Part shown: one piece after another, positions 27,901 to 32,000 of the stretch
Layout: the number at the start of each line of letters is the position of its first letter
Position numbering within the stretch: position 1 is the first letter of the stretch
Origin: Candidatus Saccharimonadota bacterium
Lineage (GTDB): Bacteria > Patescibacteriota > Gracilibacteria > BD1-5 > UBA6164
Direction of reading: 5' to 3'
Assembly (NCBI GenBank): GCA_963677765.1
Contig: OY782392.1
Location: forward strand, 300,001-332,000
DNA length: 32,000 bases
Made by a program: the position numbers and the translations under genes
Notes under the pieces: model-generated
Databases searched by the model: none
Told to the model about the DNA's origin: nothing
The model's input: the letters and a program-made list of their open reading frames with translations, nothing else

Positions 27901-30290
27901 CCTGTTATCTCTTCTGAAATAGATCTTTCTTCATTGTTGTCTTTCATTACTACAACAAAATAGTAATTTCAAGTAATTTTAGGTAAAACAAATGAAGTAG
28001 AATCAGTTTTAGTAGCTCTAAAATCTTGAGGCTCAGGGTCAACATCAGTATAGTAATACCATAAATAAGATTGTATTACACCATCTCTATCTTGAGCTCA
28101 AAGAGCACTAATATTAACAATTACTGGATCAGTTTCAGTGTCTTTTACTCTTACATCTAATCATGATAAAGTAGGTTTAATATTTTCAACTTTTATATTT
28201 ATTGTTTTTGAGTCTTCTCTTCAGTTTTTATCACTTTTTACAACTAATTTTAATTGTTCACAACCTAATTCATCAAATTTTTTATTAAAAGATTGAGAAC
28301 TATAAATAGAACGTCATAAAGTCCAAGAATATGATAATCATGAATTTTGTCATGTAATATCTAAACTTTCTTCTCAAGAAAATGTAAAATTATCTACCCT
28401 GTTAACTAAATATGCTCATTGTCATCCACATGCTCTTGGATCAAATGCAACTTCATTTCATTTAGGATCTTTCAAAGTTATATATGCATAAGGAGAGTCA
28501 GTATCTCAAATATATACATTTCTAGTTAAAGTATTTTCATTATCATTACTATCAATAACTTTTAATTTAACTCAATATACTCATGATTTTTTAAATACAT
28601 GAGAAATAGTTCAATTACTTCAACCTTCTTTTATTCAATCTCCAAAATCCCATTCATAAAATTTTGCCTCTGGAGAATCCGCAATAAATCTTATAGTCTT
28701 ATCTCTTTGCGATACTCTAGGAAAAATATTAAAATCAACGGATAAAATTGATCTAATATCTACCTTAGTATTTTTTTGGTTAACTATTCCTTCAGGATCA
28801 GTTACTTCTAATGTAACAGAATGTTCTCATATAGAATCAAAAGTATAATATCAATTAGAACCATTATAATTAGGTCTATCTAGATTTACTCTGTTTCAAT
28901 CAATTACCCAACTAAACTCTAATTTTCAATCATCAGAATAATCAGGATCATAAGATGAAGATCAATCTAAAAATACTGTATTAGGTCTATGAGAATCTGT
29001 AATACTATGGCTAAATTCAGCTACTGGAGCTCTAGAGTTTATATATATAATTTTTGTATCTATATCTACCTCTCCTGAAGGTTCAGTAACATATAGCATA
29101 ACATTATATATTCATTTTTCTGTGAAAGAATAATTAAAAGTAGAAGAAGATTTATTTAATATTTCTTCATCATTTTTTATATCAATTATTCTCCATGAAT
29201 AAGTTAAATATTCATTTCTAGAAGTAGGATTAGCAGTAAAAGTAAAAGTATCTCACATATATCCTTCATCAGAACTAGCTTTTATAGTAGCTATAGGATT
29301 ACTAACTATTAAATCAAATTCCCTTTTTACAGTTTTTCATTCATTAGTTCTAAGTTCTAGAGTTACATCAAATTCTCACTCATTAGCATATACAACTCTT
29401 TCAACTTTTGGAGCTCAATCATATGTTCTTTCAACTCAATTACCAAAATCCCAACTAGTTCTTGTAAATTTAGTTCAAGATGTAGGAGTAGAACTTGTTG
29501 CATCAAATAATAATCAATATTTTGCTTCTTCTGGTGAAAATTTTAATTCATCTCTATTTCATAGATTATCAGAATTAACTTTTACTATAACGGATGCTAC
29601 TTTTTCCTTTACAGAAACTGTAACTCTTGAAGAAAATGGTAAAACATCAGTGAATCATTGAGAATTTTTATGATTAGATGTTACATCTAAAAATACAGAA
29701 TAATTTCATTCTTCATTAAAAGTATAATTGATAGAAGACCTATTTCACAATACTTTTCTTTTTCATCAATCATTAATCCACCAAGTATAATTATAGTTTT
29801 CTAATTTTGTTCAAGTAGGATCTTCAACATTTCATCTAAGAGTAACTGTTAAAGGAGCATTTCAAGTAGAAGGAAATGATTCTATATTACCTCTGATTTT
29901 TTGTATATTAACTTTGTTTAAATAGTCCTCTATTGAACTAGATATAGTTTGAAATTGAGAAGAGTTTTCAGGATATTTTAATCCTCTTTCTATAGAACTT
30001 TTTAAAGAATTATAGTAATTTTTATTAATCAAATTATCAGGAAGATAATTAAGTCAATTTTTTGCTAACTCTAAAATCCTTGCTGAAACAACCGAGTCTA
30101 TAACTCAGTTTACTTCAAATTTATTTTTTAAATCAATATATTGATCAGTTATTCTATATCTATATTCGTTAAACGTATTTAGATCAGAAGGAGTAATTGT
30201 CGTATACTCAGTATCAGCAGCACTAACATAAGTTGGTGCTATAGCAGATATAATCAATATAAATAATGTAGTTAGTACTTTTTTAAACAT
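24993..30290 (-). CDS. Giant (1765-aa) secreted multi-PKD-domain protein with C-terminal TM anchor and K/D/E/S-rich tail bearing four PDWLK motifs
   Basis: I checked every codon of the frame from 30290 to 24993 and found no TAA or TAG. Signal peptide MFKKVLTTLFILIISAIAPTYVSA/AD. About 8-9 repeats of roughly 90 aa carry PKD signatures (APLTVTL, TSWDFGNG, YEWDFGDG, FSWDFDGDG, YEWDMGDG). These are followed by an acidic helical region, a TM helix (about 26270-26365) and a tail of about 430 aa. Confidence 0.85.
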
Positions 30291-30447
30291 ATTATTGTTC
30301 TTAACAAATAGTTTTCTAACATAATATTAGCATAAATAAAAATTAAGAGCAAAAATATAACTAGCAAATAAAAGTATTTTAACTTGACTTTTAATCAATT
30401 TATGACGACCAAATATATACTTTATATATACTTTTTTCTATTTTTTC

Positions 30448-30975
<528 letters not shown>

Positions 30976-30978
30976 TCA

Positions 30979-31008
30979 AAAATCCAAGCCTTTAGCTTGG
31001 ATTTTATT
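30979..31008 (+). terminator. ssb terminator
   Basis: aaatccaagc-cttta-gcttggattt followed by T-rich sequence. Confidence 0.7.
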
Positions 31009-31086
31009 AATCTTTACAAATTAAATATTTTTCATAAAATTATTTTACAAATAAAGTTATTATTTATATTTTTAATAATTAATTAA

Positions 31087-32000
31087 ATGGATTTATATAG
31101 TGTCTTATGAGTTGATAAAAATGCAAGTAAAGAAGAAATAAAAAAAGCTTACAGAAAAAAAGCTATGGAATACCATCCCGATAGAAATCCTGGTAATTCT
31201 GAAGCAGAAAAAAAATTCAAAGAAGTTGGTAGTGCTTATGAAGTATTATCAGATGACCAAAAAAGAAAACAATATGATATGTTTGGTTCTACATGATGAC
31301 AATCTTGATCTAATCCATTTGGATGAGCAGGAGTAGATGTAGATTTATGAGATATTTTTGAATCATTTTTTTGATGAGGTTTTTGATCTTGATCTAGAAA
31401 AAGAAGAACTGAATTCCCTTGAGAAGATTTAGAATACAATATAAATATAGACTTAAAAACTAGTATTTACTGATGAAAAGAAAAATTAAGTTTCAATAAA
31501 AAAGAAACATGTAATACATGTAATTGAGAATGATGATCAAATAAAAAAACATGTCCTAAATGTAATTGAAGATGACAAGTTACAAAAACTAGTCAAAGTA
31601 TGTTTTGAATGATACAACAAACTGTAACATGTGATGAATGTTCTTGAAGCGGAGAAATTTTTGAAAGCATATGTAATGATTGTAATTGAGAAAAAAGAAA
31701 ATTTATAAAAAAAGAAATAGATTTAGATATACCTGCATGAATTGATGATTCTATGGTTATAAAACTAACTTGAGAATGAAATCATTGAGTATGAACATCT
31801 GCAAAATGAGATTTATATGTTAGATTTAATGTAAATCTTGAAGAAAAATGATTAACAAGAGAATGAGTAGATTTATTTTATAGTATAGAAGTTGAAGTAG
31901 TTGAAGCTGTATTATGAACAAATAAAGAAATAAATATACCTATATTATGAAAAAGGAAAATAGAAATTAAATCATGAACAAATCATTGAAATATTATAAA
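31087..32000 (+). CDS. dnaJ: Chaperone DnaJ (3' end outside window)
   Basis: [37 protein letters not shown]... (J domain, HPD), a G/F linker FFGGGFGSGS, and four zinc-finger repeats CNTCNGEG, CPKCNGRG, CDECSGSG and CNDCNGEK. Most glycines are TGA. Confidence 0.93.

Overview
Very AT-rich window, roughly three quarters A+T by eye. It only makes sense if TGA is read as glycine (translation table 25), the code of Absconditabacteria/SR1 and Gracilibacteria in the Candidate Phyla Radiation. Under that code the fragmented standard-code ORF track resolves into about 36 tightly packed genes that end only in TAA or TAG. In order: a SpoU/TrmH methyltransferase fragment; a minus-strand block of hypothetical protein, patatin-like lipase, Tex, DUF389 membrane protein, MiaA and SanA; a tRNA-Thr/Tyr/Leu cluster; rpmE; an rplJ-rplL operon with a long leader carrying an attenuator-like hairpin and an unusually long structured spacer; a three-gene putative flavinylation/electron-transfer module (FMN_bind-like lipoprotein, ApbE, ferredoxin-FNR-MsrQ-like fusion); a roughly 7.3 kb light/UV-repair neighbourhood (YbgA-like DUF523/DUF1722, DUF2177, DUF1295, FeS-BCP (6-4)-type photolyase with a coupled unknown ORF, a divergent cryptochrome/photolyase-family protein, DUF2256, and a class I-like photolyase); a stand-alone OLD-family ATPase/Toprim nuclease; a membrane protein/LemA/TPM cluster; tRNA-Lys; truB; lepB; a 1765-codon secreted multi-PKD protein with a membrane anchor and a low-complexity tail carrying four PDWLK motifs; ssb; and the 5' part of dnaJ. 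I saw no rRNA, CRISPR array, transposase or integrase. The most interesting items are the ApbE-linked redox module whose MsrQ-like domain lacks the heme-ligating histidines, the triple-photolyase cluster, the giant PKD/PDWLK protein, a roughly 225 bp palindromic element between convergent genes, and near-exclusion of TGA-Gly codons from ribosomal protein genes. All coordinates and translations were derived by hand and no database search was possible.
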